NCBI GenBank assembly: GCA_015490995.1
Contig: WFWT01000041.1
Location: 1,056-65,055, forward strand
From: Anaerolineae bacterium
GTDB taxonomy: Bacteria; Chloroflexota; Anaerolineae; JAADDB01
Direction: 5' to 3'
DNA: 64,000 nt
Numbering within the stretch: position 1 is the stretch's first letter; every line of letters starts with the position of its first letter. Both the position numbers and the translations under genes were made by a program. Shown here piece after piece: positions 18,217-27,353 of the stretch. The notes beneath the pieces are model-generated. The model saw nothing but the letters and a program-made list of their open reading frames with translations. It was not told the origin of the DNA and did not search any database.

Positions 18217-18705
18217 ATGAACCGGCTGCTGAAATCGTGGGGGCTCCTTGTGGTTGTACTGGTGTTCATCCTCTCTGCCTGTGGTGGGTCCACTGCTGTG
18301 GAGGACACAACGAATCGGGCGACCTTGCCTAAGGTGGTGATGTACAAATCACCGACGTGTGGGTGCTGTGGCAAGTGGGCAACGTACATGCGAGCGAACG
18401 GGTTTAGAGTAGAGGAAAGGATTGCCGACAACTTGTGGCGACTTAAGGACCGATATGGTGTGCCTCCCCAGGCGCGCTCTTGCCACACCGCAATCGTAGG
18501 CGATTACGTGGTAGAAGGCCATGTGCCTGCCCAGGAAGTGAAGCGCCTGCTCACCGAACGTCCGGACGTGGTCGGCATCGCCGTGCCAGGGATGCCCATC
18601 GGTTCTCCGGGCATGGAGGTGCCCGGACAGCCTGCCGAGCCCTTCACGGTGGTGGCATTTGACCGCGCAGGCAACGTGAGCGTGTTTGCGGAGTACACGC
18701 CTTAA
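18217..18705 (+). CDS. DUF411 (CopG-like) metal-binding lipoprotein
   Basis: Start set at ATG 18217, with GGGAGGAGG upstream. Lipobox LSAC. CxCC motif SPTCGCCGKW plus SCHTA and PGMPIGSPGME, typical of DUF411. Confidence 0.8.
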   Translation: MNRLLKSWGLLVVVLVFILSACGGSTAVEDTTNRATLPKVVMYKSPTCGCCGKWATYMRANGFRVEERIADNLWRLKDRYGVPPQARSCHTAIVGDYVVEGHVPAQEVKRLLTERPDVVGIAVPGMPIGSPGMEVPGQPAEPFTVVAFDRAGNVSVFAEYTP

Positions 18706-18732
18706 GTTTCCCTGCGACCTTCCCCCATCACC

Positions 18733-18769
18733 GGGTGTCTGCCCCGGCGTGTGGGCGGGGCAGACACCC
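18733..18769. other. perfect 13-bp GC stem-loop between convergent genes (possible bidirectional terminator)
   Basis: GGGTGTCTGCCCC (18733-18745), 11-nt loop, GGGGCAGACACCC (18757-18769). No U tract on either side. Confidence 0.45.
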
Positions 18770-18824
18770 CAACTTACCACCTCCGACAACCGATGCCCCT
18801 CCGGCCGAACAGGAAGGGCAAACT

Positions 18825-19817
18825 TCACTGCCATAGCACCAATCCCCAGCGCGGGCGACGTTCGTCCAGCCGCCACAACCCCACTTCCCGAGCAAATTGC
18901 AGGGCTTCCGCGTACTCGTCCGGCGTGATGGAACGGTTGATCTCGGGGTAAGTGTCCGGGCCTACCTTCCACGCAGGATAGTATTGGGCCATAATGTTGA
19001 CGTACGTGTCCGGCGACACCTCCTCGGCCAGCCAGCGCAGGATAGCCCGCGTTTCCTCCAAGTATCCCGGCATGACCAGGTGGCGCACCAGGAGACCACG
19101 CTTGGCCAGACCACGCTCGTCGAACTTCAGAGGGCCTACCTGACGATGCATTTCCTTAATGACCCGGCGGGCGACTTCGGGATAATGTTTCGCCTTTAGA
19201 TATCGTCGGGCCAGCTCCGGGGTCCAGAACTTGAAATCGGGCATGTAGATGTCAACCACGCCGTCCAGCAAACGCAAGCTGTGCATGGAATCAAACGCGG
19301 AAGTGTTGTAGACGATGGGCAACCGCAGGCCCCCTTCCACCGCGATGACCAGGGCTTCCAGGACTTGCGGCACCACATGCTCGGGCGTGACCAGGTTGAT
19401 ATTGTGACAGCCCATCTCCTGCAGCTCCAGCATCATGGCGGCCAGTTCCTCAGGAGAGACTTCCCGCCCTTCACCAAGCTGGCTGATCTCGTAGTTCTGA
19501 CAAAAAACACATCGCAAGTTGCACATGGAGAAGAAAATGGTCCCCGAACCGCGCCACCCACGCAGACAATCTTCCTCTCCAAAGTGGGGAAAATAACTGG
19601 ACACGATGGCATACCGACCGGTTTTGCAGACACCGATCTGGTCGTGCAACCGGTCCACATCGCAATCGCGCGGGCAAACGCGGCAGGATGCCAGGCTGGC
19701 CACCGCCTCCCGGGCCCGACGGGCCAGTTCACCGGTACGGTGCAAAGTCAGGTACGCGGGTTCAAAGGTGTCGCTGGGGATCAAGAATCGCTCTACCTCC
19801 TGGGTTCGGCTCACCAT
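18825..19817 (-). CDS. radical SAM protein, PflX-like (pyruvate formate-lyase activase homologue family)
   Basis: The ORF track gives 18825..19856. I prefer the ATG at 19817 because GAGGAGG lies just upstream and it removes the overlap with lysA. CNLRCVFCQN radical SAM cluster motif plus upstream CRVCPRDCDVDR. Confidence 0.75.
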   Translation of the reverse strand: MVSRTQEVERFLIPSDTFEPAYLTLHRTGELARRAREAVASLASCRVCPRDCDVDRLHDQIGVCKTGRYAIVSSYFPHFGEEDCLRGWRGSGTIFFSMCNLRCVFCQNYEISQLGEGREVSPEELAAMMLELQEMGCHNINLVTPEHVVPQVLEALVIAVEGGLRLPIVYNTSAFDSMHSLRLLDGVVDIYMPDFKFWTPELARRYLKAKHYPEVARRVIKEMHRQVGPLKFDERGLAKRGLLVRHLVMPGYLEETRAILRWLAEEVSPDTYVNIMAQYYPAWKVGPDTYPEINRSITPDEYAEALQFAREVGLWRLDERRPRWGLVLWQ

Positions 19818-19825
19818 ACGCCTCC

Positions 19826-21022
19826 TCACCCGTTCCCGGACGGGCTCACGTACCACGTTGTCCCGTCCACCACGACCTCTGGAGGAAGGGGACGCCCATT
19901 GTACGTGCTGGCCATGCTACGCCCATAGGCTCCTGCATCAAGGATAGCTAAAATATCGCCGTTTTTCAAGGGAGGAAGAGGACAATCTCGACCGAGAACA
20001 TCCGCACTCTCGCAAATCGGCCCCACCACGTCCACCGCTCGGACGGGTTCTCCCTCTCTTAGGGGCCAAATGCGATGCCGGGCACCGTACAACGCCGGAC
20101 GTAATAACACATTCATCCCTCCGTCCACGGCGACCACGGTGCGCCCCCAAGTACGTTTGACCTGCACAACCCGTACCAACAACACCCCAACCGGGGCGAC
20201 CAGCCAGCGCCCCGGCTCCAGGATAAGGGAGAGGTTGAGAGGTGCCAGGGTAGCCTCCCACCAGGCGGCAACATCTTGCGGTGAAGGCGTATCAGCCCCG
20301 TCATAACCGATGCCCAACCCTCCCCCCAGGTTGACACCTTCCACAGGATAACCTGCCTCCCGCACGCGGTGTACCCACTCCGCTGCCAGTTGGGCTATCA
20401 TGGTCAGGTCCTGCCGGGACGTGAGCTGGGAGCCCACATGGAAATGCAACCCCCAGAAGCGCAGGTGCGACTCACGCATCACTTCGGCCACCGAGGGCAA
20501 CACATCCTCGGGGGGAATGCCAAAGTGGCTGCCCATCGCGCCAACCTGCAGGTGGGGGTGAGTTGTCACGGCCAGGCCGGGATTCACCCGTAGCGCTACC
20601 GTCACCTGGCGACCTAGGTCTCGGGCCGCTGCGGCCACCCGGACAATTTCCTCCCGGGCATCGATGTTAATCACCCGTACCCCCACCTGGATGGCCAACC
20701 GAAGCTCCTCGTCGGTCTTGGCATTGCCGTTGAAGACAACGCGTCGGGGAGGGATGCCGGCACTCAGGGCAGCGCGCAACTCACCTGCACTGACCACGTC
20801 CGCCCCACAACCCAAGTGAGTCAAGTGAGCGAGAAGAACCCGATTGGCATTTGCCTTACACGCATACGCGATCAGGGCGTCGGGAAAGGCTTCCCGGTAA
20901 GCCCGAACCCGCCGGGAAAGTTCGTTCAGACTGTACACATACACCGGCGTCCCGATGTGGCGTACTATCTCGTCCAGCGGCACCGATTCCATGTGCAGGA
21001 CCTGTTCCCGGTAATGCAACAT
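19826..21022 (-). CDS. lysA: diaminopimelate decarboxylase
   Basis: 398 aa. Fold-III PLP decarboxylase pattern (YACKANAN, HFHVGSQ, GGGLGI, CESAD). Confidence 0.85.
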   Translation of the reverse strand: MLHYREQVLHMESVPLDEIVRHIGTPVYVYSLNELSRRVRAYREAFPDALIAYACKANANRVLLAHLTHLGCGADVVSAGELRAALSAGIPPRRVVFNGNAKTDEELRLAIQVGVRVINIDAREEIVRVAAAARDLGRQVTVALRVNPGLAVTTHPHLQVGAMGSHFGIPPEDVLPSVAEVMRESHLRFWGLHFHVGSQLTSRQDLTMIAQLAAEWVHRVREAGYPVEGVNLGGGLGIGYDGADTPSPQDVAAWWEATLAPLNLSLILEPGRWLVAPVGVLLVRVVQVKRTWGRTVVAVDGGMNVLLRPALYGARHRIWPLREGEPVRAVDVVGPICESADVLGRDCPLPPLKNGDILAILDAGAYGRSMASTYNGRPLPPEVVVDGTTWYVSPSGNG

Positions 21023-21180
21023 CGCAGCAGCCTCCTTACCCCCTGTAAGGCAACGTGCTGTCAGTCAATCGGTACCTCTGTCATCCATCTGAACGGGCAC
21101 GGGGATGGACGGCCCTCGGTGGTCAGGTCGGCATGGGGTAGCGCCATCCTGCTCACCCTATGTCCACGTCATGCAGAGCT

Positions 21181-22416
21181 CTATGCCTCTTTGGTGGAAA
21201 GCGACGCGGGAAGGCGCGACACCAACAGCAGACCGCCCACAAGGTACAGCAAGCCTCCCAACACAAACGCGGCCCGCAAGCCATACCAGGCTGCAATGGT
21301 GGCGCCGATCATGGGCGCGACGGTGCGCGCGGCAGCAACGACGGAGTTGTCCAAACCATACGCTGCGCCTTCCTGGCCCGGCGTCACATATCGGGCCAGG
21401 AGCGCGCTCATCACCGGGGTAATGCCTCCCAGCATGAAGCCGATGAGGGCTTGAAGCAAAAGTAACACCCACACGCTGCTCACCAGACCGTGCGCGAGAA
21501 GGGCCAGGGCCAGAACCAGCAATCCTACTCGCACTACTCGCCGATAGCCCACCCGGTCTCCCAGACGGCCTAACCATGTAGCACTAACCGCTCCCAAGGC
21601 CGAACGCACCCCGACGACCCCACCTGTAGCCGTCGCCGCGCCGACGGTACTGGTGGAGAGGGCTTGCACCAGGAGGGGCATGAGTGGCACCGTCATGGCC
21701 TGACCCAGACGTACCAAAAATCGCAAGGCGTAGACGAGCAACACGCCAGGGGTGGTCAGCAGATGTCGCCATTCCCCCCACATAATGAGCACCGGCGAGG
21801 TGGTATGGCTGTGTTGGCGTGTTTGGGCAGGCGCTCGCCTCTCCTCCACGCCAAAAGCCACCAGTAAAGAGGCCAGAAAGAGCACCCCTCCGGTTAACAC
21901 GAAGGCAGTCCGGTACCCCCAGGTATCTGCCACGTATCCTCCCAGTAAGGGGCCTACTGCCACCCCGGCCCAAAGGCCCACCTGCAACACACCCAGCGCA
22001 TACCCGACCTGATCGCGCGGGGTAACGGCAGCAACCAGGGCATTGTTTGCCGAAATGGTGCCGGTGACCAAACCTTGTAACGCGCGCAAGAGCACCAATT
22101 CTTCGGCAGAACGGGCAAAACCCATCAGCGTTAACACCAGCGCACCGCTGGCAGTCGCCCGCAGGACCATCACCTTGCGTCCCAGCTGGTCGGCGAGGGC
22201 TCCCCACACAGGTGAGGCCAACATCATGGTGAAAGCCTGAGCGGAAAAGACCAGCCCGGCCAAGAACTCAATGCGCCATCCCAGGCGACTGCCCAAATCC
22301 TGCACGTAAAGGGGAAGCAGGGGAAAGACCAAAGAAAAACCCACCGCCGAAGCGAACTGGACCACCAACACTGCGTACAAGGTCCGCTGCCAGGATGCAA
22401 GCTGTTTACGACGCAA
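21181..22416 (-). CDS. MFS transporter
   Basis: 411 aa, about 12 TM. GALADQLGRKV motif A-like loop. TTG start with GAGGTG upstream. Confidence 0.8.
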   Translation of the reverse strand: MRRKQLASWQRTLYAVLVVQFASAVGFSLVFPLLPLYVQDLGSRLGWRIEFLAGLVFSAQAFTMMLASPVWGALADQLGRKVMVLRATASGALVLTLMGFARSAEELVLLRALQGLVTGTISANNALVAAVTPRDQVGYALGVLQVGLWAGVAVGPLLGGYVADTWGYRTAFVLTGGVLFLASLLVAFGVEERRAPAQTRQHSHTTSPVLIMWGEWRHLLTTPGVLLVYALRFLVRLGQAMTVPLMPLLVQALSTSTVGAATATGGVVGVRSALGAVSATWLGRLGDRVGYRRVVRVGLLVLALALLAHGLVSSVWVLLLLQALIGFMLGGITPVMSALLARYVTPGQEGAAYGLDNSVVAAARTVAPMIGATIAAWYGLRAAFVLGGLLYLVGGLLLVSRLPASLSTKEA

Positions 22417-22687
22417 GGTTCACCCACCTCAGGGTCGGGGAATACAGGCCCCGGGGCACAATCCCTTCCTCCCGGGGTCCACCCCATAGTAACGCGGGAC
22501 AGGAAGGACTGTCAATCACATGAACTTCCCCGGTGCGCCACCCTGCAAAGGGCTTTGTGCGGAGTCCAGGGATGTGGTATGCTTAACCACCAGCAGAACC
22601 GGTCCGTTGTCTCTGTCAAAAGGGCAAAAAGTTGTCCACGCGGGCTGCAGGCGGGGAAAGAAGGGCCGATTGCCGGAAAGGAGTGGG

Positions 22688-23467
22688 ATGTTTACCATGC
22701 GGCGCACAACATACTGGCTCTGGGGTATCCTTGGCATACTTGTGTTGGTCGGTGCCGGGTGTACCCGGGAGCGACCGCCGGTGGATGTAACACCGTGGAC
22801 CCCGCCTACCGTTGTGAACCAGACGCCCACCCGCGCGCGGCCGGAGGGCACCCCCTCACCCCTGCCCACCGTGCCCATGACTGTCACCATTACGATGACG
22901 GCCACGCGTCCCACGGCGCCTGAGAACACGCCTGTGCCCACGGTACCCCTCTTCCTGACACCACCCCCTGCGCCGACGCCGACGCCGGAGGAGGAACCAG
23001 GCTGGTTCTATTACACGGTACAGCGTGGGGATACCCTCTTCTCCATCGCGGAGCAGTTTGGAATCACAGTGGAGGAGTTGAAACAGTTGAACGGGCTCAC
23101 CGATGATACCATCTACGTAGGCCAGAAGTTACGGGTGCCCGGATCACCGCCGGAACAATCCGAGTACATAGAATACGTTGTCCAGCCTGGCGACACCTTG
23201 TTCTCCATTGCCCGCCGCTTCGGAGTGGACATGCAAGAACTGGCCCGACTGAACGGCATTACGGATCCCAGCACCATCTATGTGGGACAGACATTACGCA
23301 TTCCCGCCACAGCTTCACCCGCCCGGGGGTTATACCAGGTCCAACCGGGCGATACCCTCTCCAGCATTGCTCAACGGTTTGGTATTTCTATCCAGGCGCT
23401 GATGGAGGCTAACGGCATTACGGACCCGGATCAAATCTATGTGGGCCAGCTGTTGCGCATCCCCTAA
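22688..23467 (+). CDS. LysM-repeat lipoprotein (three LysM domains)
   Basis: Start set at ATG 22688, with AAGGAG upstream. Lipobox GAGC. A Pro/Thr-rich linker is followed by three repeats of Y.VQ.GDTL.SIA..FG...L...N.I.D...IYVGQ.LRIP. Confidence 0.85.
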   Translation: MFTMRRTTYWLWGILGILVLVGAGCTRERPPVDVTPWTPPTVVNQTPTRARPEGTPSPLPTVPMTVTITMTATRPTAPENTPVPTVPLFLTPPPAPTPTPEEEPGWFYYTVQRGDTLFSIAEQFGITVEELKQLNGLTDDTIYVGQKLRVPGSPPEQSEYIEYVVQPGDTLFSIARRFGVDMQELARLNGITDPSTIYVGQTLRIPATASPARGLYQVQPGDTLSSIAQRFGISIQALMEANGITDPDQIYVGQLLRIP

Positions 23468-23522
23468 AGGCGCAGGGGTGAGGGAGCTGCGCGTCGGCGG
23501 AGCCCGGAGGGGAAAATGTGTA

Positions 23523-23564
23523 CCGTTGCGTCGGAAACAGTGCTCCGGCGCAACGGATTTTTTC
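23523..23564 (+). terminator. rho-independent terminator after the LysM gene
   Basis: CCGTTGCG (23523-23530) ... CGCAACGG (23549-23556) followed by ATTTTTTC. Confidence 0.65.
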
Positions 23565-23775
23565 TGTGCCGCGTCCTGGCCCATGGGGGTAGTATGTTCC
23601 ACAAGCGGGAAACTTGGGAAGATAAGACCCTACCTAATGTGACTTACACATTGGCGAACACGTACCTTTCAGGGGGAACATCGGTGGTGGAACGGTGCAC
23701 GAGAACGGTCTTTTCCAATGAAGGATTCCAAAGTACGGACCTGCACAGGCAAGTGAGGAGAAGGGAGGACGTGCT

Positions 23776-24909
23776 ATGACCATTCTGGTCGGCGTACTGA
23801 TAGCAGCGGTAATCCTGGGGCTTGTAGCGGCCTCTCTGGTGGCCGCGGCATTGGCCCGTCGAGGCACAACGAGTGTGCGGGCACCGCTGGTCGTGTTTGT
23901 GGTCGTGGTGGTGTTCATCCTGGGCTTGGCGAGCACATCCGACGCGTTCGTGCAAATCGAAGCGGGAACCGTGGGCGTGGTCAAACGCTTTGGCCAGATC
24001 GTGGGGGTGTTCGAACCTGGCCTGCACGTGAAGATGCCGTTCATCGACCAGGTCATTATCTACCGGACTCAGGAAATCGTGTACGAGACATCGGCAAACC
24101 CGGAAGCTTCCCGAGCAGATTACCGGGATTACGAAGTAGACACGGCAACGGCGGATGGTCAGCAGATTACCGTGCGGTATACCGTGCGGTTCCGCATTCT
24201 CCCCGAACGCGCCCCGGATATTCTTCGTAACTTGGGCACCGAAGCAGAAGTAGTGGAGAAGGTGGTAAAGGCATCCAGCCGGGTACACGTTCGCAATATC
24301 CTGAAGCGCTACGAAGCAAGCGAACTGTATTCCGGTAACGTGGAAAACGCCCAGAACGCCATCGCCCAACGGTTACGGGAAGACTTTGAACGGGCCGGAC
24401 TGGAATTGACCTTCTTTGGCCTGCGCTCTATCCAGTTTACCGAGGAATACAAGCAGGCGGTGGAACGCAAACAGATCGAAGCGGAGAACGTGATTACCAA
24501 ACAACATTTGGCAGAACAGGCCAAGTACGAGAAGGAACGGGCCATCACCCAGGCCGAGGCGGAAGCAGAGCGCCAACGGTTGCAGCGCATAGGGATTGCT
24601 CAAGGCGAGGCGGAGGCGCTTAAGCTGCGGGCGGAGGCGGAAGCTGAAGCCATCCGCATTAAGGCTCAAGCACAGGCCGAAGCCAATCGTATCATTGCCG
24701 AGAGCCTGTCCGAACTCTTGATCGCTTGGGAAGCGGTACGCTCATGGAACGGCCAGTATCCGCTGGTTGTAGGGGGTGGTCAACAGTTCATCCTGCCCGG
24801 TGATCTCTTCCTCCGCCCCCCCATCACCGCGAGCGTGCCGGGCATCACCCCCTCGCCTACTCCAGAGCCCACACCGGCCCCCACACCGGAAGCCAGTCCA
24901 GGACCGTAA
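23776..24909 (+). CDS. SPFH/band-7 (prohibitin/HflC-like) membrane protein
   Basis: 377 aa. N-terminal TM segments. VKRFGQIVGVFEPGLHVKMPFIDQV SPFH core, Ala/Glu-rich coiled coil, Pro/Thr-rich tail. Confidence 0.85.
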   Translation: MTILVGVLIAAVILGLVAASLVAAALARRGTTSVRAPLVVFVVVVVFILGLASTSDAFVQIEAGTVGVVKRFGQIVGVFEPGLHVKMPFIDQVIIYRTQEIVYETSANPEASRADYRDYEVDTATADGQQITVRYTVRFRILPERAPDILRNLGTEAEVVEKVVKASSRVHVRNILKRYEASELYSGNVENAQNAIAQRLREDFERAGLELTFFGLRSIQFTEEYKQAVERKQIEAENVITKQHLAEQAKYEKERAITQAEAEAERQRLQRIGIAQGEAEALKLRAEAEAEAIRIKAQAQAEANRIIAESLSELLIAWEAVRSWNGQYPLVVGGGQQFILPGDLFLRPPITASVPGITPSPTPEPTPAPTPEASPGP

Positions 24910-24919
24910 CGCAAACCTC

Positions 24920-24966
24920 GTGTCCTGCGTTGCCGGAGTGTACAGGACACCGGCAACGCAGGACAC
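24920..24966 (+). other. perfect 17-bp stem-loop downstream of the SPFH gene
   Basis: GTGTCCTGCGTTGCCGG (24920-24936), 13-nt loop, CCGGCAACGCAGGACAC (24950-24966). The loop contains a second CAGGACAC copy (24943-24950). Confidence 0.5.
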
Positions 24967-25005
24967 CGATCCTGCCCGTTCACACCGTAAGGGGAGCGGA
25001 TACCG

Positions 25006-27339
25006 GTGGTCGTACAAACACGCGAGGGGCCGGAAAAACCGGTAACCCGGTGGCACGTTGTGGCCGGCATCGCAGTGGCCTTACACCTGATCTTGGCTCT
25101 GGCTTACAGCGTGACGGTGCCGCCGTGGGAAGCCCACGATGAATGGGCACATTACAAGTACGTGGAGTACATCGCCCGACATAAACGCTTGCCTCCCCAG
25201 GATAAACCCCTGACTACGGAATATCCCTTTGACGAAGTCACCCAACCCCCCCTTTACTACCTGCTGGCTGCCCTTCCCTTGATGCCGGCCGTGCCTCAGG
25301 ACAATTACCGCCCGGTGGTCAATCCCTACGCAACCCGCGAGGACGGGGCCGGTGGCGTGAACATGGCTGTACACGACCCAGCTCGCGAAGCGTTTCCCTG
25401 GCGAGGTACCATCTTAGGGTTACACCTGGCCCGACTGGCCTCCGTGGTCATCGGCACGCTGGGCCTGTGGTTTACGTGGCGCCTCGCGCGCTTATGGGCT
25501 CCCAACCATCCGGATGTGGCTGCTCTGGCAGTTGCCTTTCACGCGCTGGTGCCTCAATACCTTTTCATCGGGAGCGTGGTGACCAACGACATCTTGCTCG
25601 CGGTGTGGGTAGCCGCCACGATGTATTACCTGGCACGTGTGGCCGTATCTCCCCCCAACCTACGAGACACGGTGCTTCTCGGTGTGGTATTAACCCTGGC
25701 CATGCTCACCAAGTACCTGGCCCTAGCCCTTCTGGTCCCAGGACTCATTGTGCCCACCGTGGTGTGGACCCGACAGATACGCGGGTGGCGCCGCTGGGTT
25801 GCACCTGCAGTGGTCAGTGGTCTGGTCATCGGGGGAGGAGGTATCTGGCTATATCGAAACGTCCAACAAACCGGTATGCTCCTCCCGCGCGATCCTTACG
25901 CGGTGAGCCAGATAACCGCTCGTACGCCATGGGACCTTGCCGGCCAGTTACCCTGGGAAAACGTTCCGCCGGCCCTGGTGTACGGTTTCCGCACTCTGTG
26001 GGCATCCTTCGGTTGGGGCAACGTCGACCCCGGTGTGGGAGTAACGCTTTTCTTCGCCCTCCTGTGTCTCATCGCAGTGGCAGGCTGGGTCCGCCGCTGG
26101 CGGCACCGTACATTGACCTCCCGGGACAAAGTGCTGTTGCTGGTGTTGAGCGGAACGGTGGCCGCTGTGGTGGCCCTACCTCTGTTGCGGGAACTGGTGC
26201 ACAACAGCGCCATGCTGCGAGGGCGTTATGTGTTGGGCATTCTCAGCGCGATGAGCGTCTGGCTGGCCTTGGGATGGCGGGCCTGGATACCCGAGACGTG
26301 GTCTCTGCGGGCCGTGATAGGATTAACATCTGTGCTCGTACTGCTGAACATCTACAGCCTGGTAGGTGTCATCGCTCCTGCGTATCGGCCACCCCGCCCC
26401 CTTTCCCCGGCCGAGGTGCAAGCTTGGCTGGAACAGGAGGATGTCCAACCGGTGCAGGTAACTTTTGGTGATGCCATTGAGCTGGTGGCCTTCCGACAGC
26501 TCGACAGTACGGTCACACCAGGTGAACGGGCAGGCATCGAGGTGCTCTGGCGGGTGCTGCGCCCCCTGCCGGAAAATTACACCCTGAGCGTTCAGGTGCT
26601 GGGACGCCGCCATCAGCCCTATGGATGGCTCAACATTTACCCTGGCCGAGGCACCTATCCATCCACGTTGTGGAAACCCGGCGTGTGGTTCGTGGAGACG
26701 TACCAGGTGCCCATTGAGGTAAAAGCACCTCTACCTACAGGGGGCATGTTCGCGTTCGCCTTCTTCCTGGATAAACCGGGCTTCCCAGAACTGCCGACCA
26801 CAGATCCGTCGGGAAGGCCGGTGGAAGCGTTTGTGGGAAGGTTGCGTTTGGCCCCGGCCTCGGAAACACTGCCCGCGCCGTCACCCCTGTGCCCCGTTGC
26901 CGCGACCTGGGCCGAAAGCCTGGCCCTTCGGGGGATCACCTTCCCTCGGCAGGGGGCTCCCGGCCAGGAGGTGCCCATGGTCCTTTACTGGAAAGCACTC
27001 GCCCGCCCAGACCGCACGTGGACGGTATTCGTTCACCTCCTGACCGCTGCGGGGAACTACGTGAGTGGCCAGGACGGATGGCCACAACAGGGAGATTTTC
27101 CCACAGACCTGTGGCGGGCAGGAGACGAGGTGTTGGATCCTCGGGTGTTGTCCATACCTGAGGACCTTGCTCCCGGCACATATTGGATAACAATAGGGGT
27201 ATATGACGCAGCGACCGGCCAGCGGGCACCCCTGCGCGTGTCCCAGGGGCCGATCCTGGAACCGGAAGCGGTTACCGTGGCACAGTTAACGGTTGGGAAT
27301 TCGCCATCCGTTACGCTAGAATGCGTATCACATCGCTGA
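25006..27339 (+). CDS. GT-C-fold-like integral membrane glycosyltransferase (GT39/ArnT/DUF2142-like) with large C-terminal extracytoplasmic domain
   Basis: 777 aa, GTG start with AAGGGGA upstream, more than 10 TM. First-loop motif PPWEAHDEWAHYKYVEYI. The C-terminus holds two similar beta-rich segments (LYW/LWR..., PT/PS.LW..G). Confidence 0.6.
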   Translation: MVVQTREGPEKPVTRWHVVAGIAVALHLILALAYSVTVPPWEAHDEWAHYKYVEYIARHKRLPPQDKPLTTEYPFDEVTQPPLYYLLAALPLMPAVPQDNYRPVVNPYATREDGAGGVNMAVHDPAREAFPWRGTILGLHLARLASVVIGTLGLWFTWRLARLWAPNHPDVAALAVAFHALVPQYLFIGSVVTNDILLAVWVAATMYYLARVAVSPPNLRDTVLLGVVLTLAMLTKYLALALLVPGLIVPTVVWTRQIRGWRRWVAPAVVSGLVIGGGGIWLYRNVQQTGMLLPRDPYAVSQITARTPWDLAGQLPWENVPPALVYGFRTLWASFGWGNVDPGVGVTLFFALLCLIAVAGWVRRWRHRTLTSRDKVLLLVLSGTVAAVVALPLLRELVHNSAMLRGRYVLGILSAMSVWLALGWRAWIPETWSLRAVIGLTSVLVLLNIYSLVGVIAPAYRPPRPLSPAEVQAWLEQEDVQPVQVTFGDAIELVAFRQLDSTVTPGERAGIEVLWRVLRPLPENYTLSVQVLGRRHQPYGWLNIYPGRGTYPSTLWKPGVWFVETYQVPIEVKAPLPTGGMFAFAFFLDKPGFPELPTTDPSGRPVEAFVGRLRLAPASETLPAPSPLCPVAATWAESLALRGITFPRQGAPGQEVPMVLYWKALARPDRTWTVFVHLLTAAGNYVSGQDGWPQQGDFPTDLWRAGDEVLDPRVLSIPEDLAPGTYWITIGVYDAATGQRAPLRVSQGPILEPEAVTVAQLTVGNSPSVTLECVSHR

Positions 27340-27353
27340 AGGAGAAAGGGGAC

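Noticed and set aside
21023-21180. Lysine riboswitch (L-box) upstream of lysA
   Set aside because: The spacer is only 158 nt, and I could not find the conserved L-box helices or the AGAGGCGC-type core on the minus strand.
22520-22687. N-terminal extensions of many track ORFs (for example 22520, 8582, 12067, 44215, 50425, 31970, 33373, 34164, 44102, 47503, 57828, 58903, 61943)
   Set aside because: The extensions lack RBSs, overlap neighbours or have implausible composition. Internal ATGs preceded by GGAGG-like sequences give canonical N-termini (signal peptides, Rossmann motifs). Trimmed starts are used in the feature table.
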